Shown piece after piece: positions 62,254 through 64,000 of a DNA stretch of 64,000 nt (position 1 is the stretch's first letter; every line of letters begins with the position of its first letter). A program made the position numbers and the translations under genes. Below the pieces are notes generated by a model. That model searched no databases. It saw nothing but the letters and a program-made list of their open reading frames with translations, and was not told where the DNA came from. The stretch covers positions 10,039,458-10,103,457 of the forward strand of contig CM119267.1 of NCBI GenBank assembly GCA_051294375.1. The letters are read 5' to 3'. The stretch is from Paraspadella gotoi. Lineage: Eukaryota > Animalia > Chaetognatha.

Positions 62254-62939
62254 CCTCTCTCTCTAACTCTCCCTCTCCTTTCTCCGCCCTTCTTATGCCC
62301 TCCCGCGCATTCCGACCGCATTCCCCTTCGGTCAATTTTAGGAAACAGTCGGCGCTTGTACGTTTCGGGTGGTTGACAGTTTCCCGCAGTCGCCAGGGTT
62401 AGGCTGTCTTGCGTGCATGTTATCTGTCCTTCTTTTTCCACGCGTCGGCATCGCCAACACCTGACGAGCCGACAACGGTCCCGCCGTCTTTATCTTTTTC
62501 ACTGTTCTGCTCGCTCTCCTTGCCGGGGCGCCGCTTTCTGCCGCGCAGACGAGACACTATTGGTCGAACCCAAGTCTCGGGGACGAGATGGATCTTTCTT
62601 ATCGAAAGTGGACAGGGCGTTTTTTGACTGAGAGTATTTTCACTCTTTGCGCATCTCGCTTTTCAATGCTTTCTTTCATTTTCCTTATCTCTGGATTCTT
62701 CGTAGAAGGAACCAGGCTTACTCCCAACGATACCAATCTTTCATGTCTGTAGTTGCAAACATATCTTCAGCTTTTATCCTAATCGGTTTCTTGCCGTGTT
62801 TCACCTTGCGGTCACTTCTGCCGCTTTTAATTGCACGTCACTCTCGCTCCACCCTTTCTGCTCTCTGCGTCATCTCGCTCACTTCCGCTTAGAGGCGCCC
62901 ACGAGCGCCGCCACGTCTAGGTCTCTCTCTCTCTCTCTA

Positions 62940-62986
<47 letters not shown>

Positions 62987-63573
62987 TTCTCTTCGGTCCC
63001 CGTGCCGTTCGCTCGATCGCTTTTAATCGCGACTCATCGAAGCCCAGGAATGCCGATGGAATCGATCACGAGTAGAGAAGAGAAGAGGAGGAGGAGGAGG
63101 AGGAGTAAGAGATGGAAGAAGTGGTCGAGGACGAAGGCTTTTAAAAGTCGAGTTCGGGTAGTCAATTTCTTCAGAAATCGGATCGAATTAAAAGATCTCG
63201 ACGTCGAGATCCAATCAGAGAAGAGAAGAGAGAGAGAGAGAGAGAGAGAGATGGAAGAGGAAGCGGAGGGAGAGAGAGAGAGAGAGAAGGAAAGTTAAGG
63301 AAAGAGGAGGAGGAAGAAAAAGATAGAGATGAAAACCTTGTAAGAGAGGAAATGAAAGAAAGGAAATTGAAGAGAAAAAACTAAATTAGGAAAGAGTCGT
63401 TGAACCGCGTGGGTTAATTTAGAGGGCAGAGAGGATAAAGAGAGGAAAAAGAGAAGTCGAGTCCATGGAAAGACAACGAGAAAAAAATTAACGCTGTCGT
63501 CGAGAGCGTGCGGAATAAATCAAAGGAGTAAAAACAACGCAATGATCAGATATCAATTCCATTAGGCCGAGCT

Positions 63574-63617
<44 letters not shown>

Positions 63618-64000
63618 TCTCTCCCTCTCTTTCTCTTCTCTTGTATTTATAATAAACCGACCGCCCGCTATCTCGATTACATATTTGCAGCACTTAAATA
63701 ATTAGGACGGGCATCGGTGAGCCACCTGCTTAACGCCAGAAGTGAAACAGATGAGGAAAATTTAAATGAGAAAAGATTGAAAAATATTTTGTGCGCGAAA
63801 AAGAGCGGTAATAATACGAGGATATTTTTTTCTCTTTAATAACTGAGTTGGTAACGTAGTTGAAAAATGACTGATGAAGCGGGAGGACAGACAAAAAGTA
63901 AACAAAGAAAAAACAAAAAGAAATAAGAAAGAAAAAAGACAAGAACAAGAAAAGAAAGAAGAGAAAAGAAAGAAAGGAAAGAAAAAAAGAAAGGAGGGAA

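Noticed and set aside
23184-63948. Many ORFs with RERERE, LSLSLS, poly-T, poly-F or poly-K tracts
   Set aside because: They are translations of (GA)n, (GAC)n and A/T-run microsatellites, with no domains or consistent splice structure.

Overview
Eukaryotic (invertebrate animal-type) genomic DNA from a draft assembly; not prokaryotic. The first ~19 kb are AT-rich and gene-dense with short introns. They hold three spliced genes whose exons I joined by hand with matching splice phases: a PAN/apple plus F-type lectin protein (+, 2884-4794), a DUF229 alkaline-phosphatase/sulfatase-fold protein (+, ~5850-8830) and an LHFPL-family tetraspan protein (-, 12304-10796). Small mobile DNA is scattered among them: a Helentron-associated (HINE-like) element, TTAGGG-carrying TIR elements, foldback elements, an inverted pair of minimal hammerhead ribozyme motifs (9591-9800), and a 4.9-kb TIR element flanked by an exact 40-bp direct repeat (13863-18872). 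From ~19 kb to the end the DNA is essentially non-coding, CpG-rich in patches and saturated with (GA)n/(TC)n microsatellites. It contains one candidate signal-peptide exon (27217-27352), so it may be the upstream region and long first intron of a large gene. From ~33.6 kb the sequence has error-rich duplicated blocks beside 25-N gaps, which look like raw long-read gap filling. Comparing two such copies exposes a 3.3-kb presence/absence insertion with CAC...GTG ends and a terminal ~71-bp tandem array. No tRNA, rRNA, CRISPR array or intact transposase was found. All calls are by eye, without database searches.
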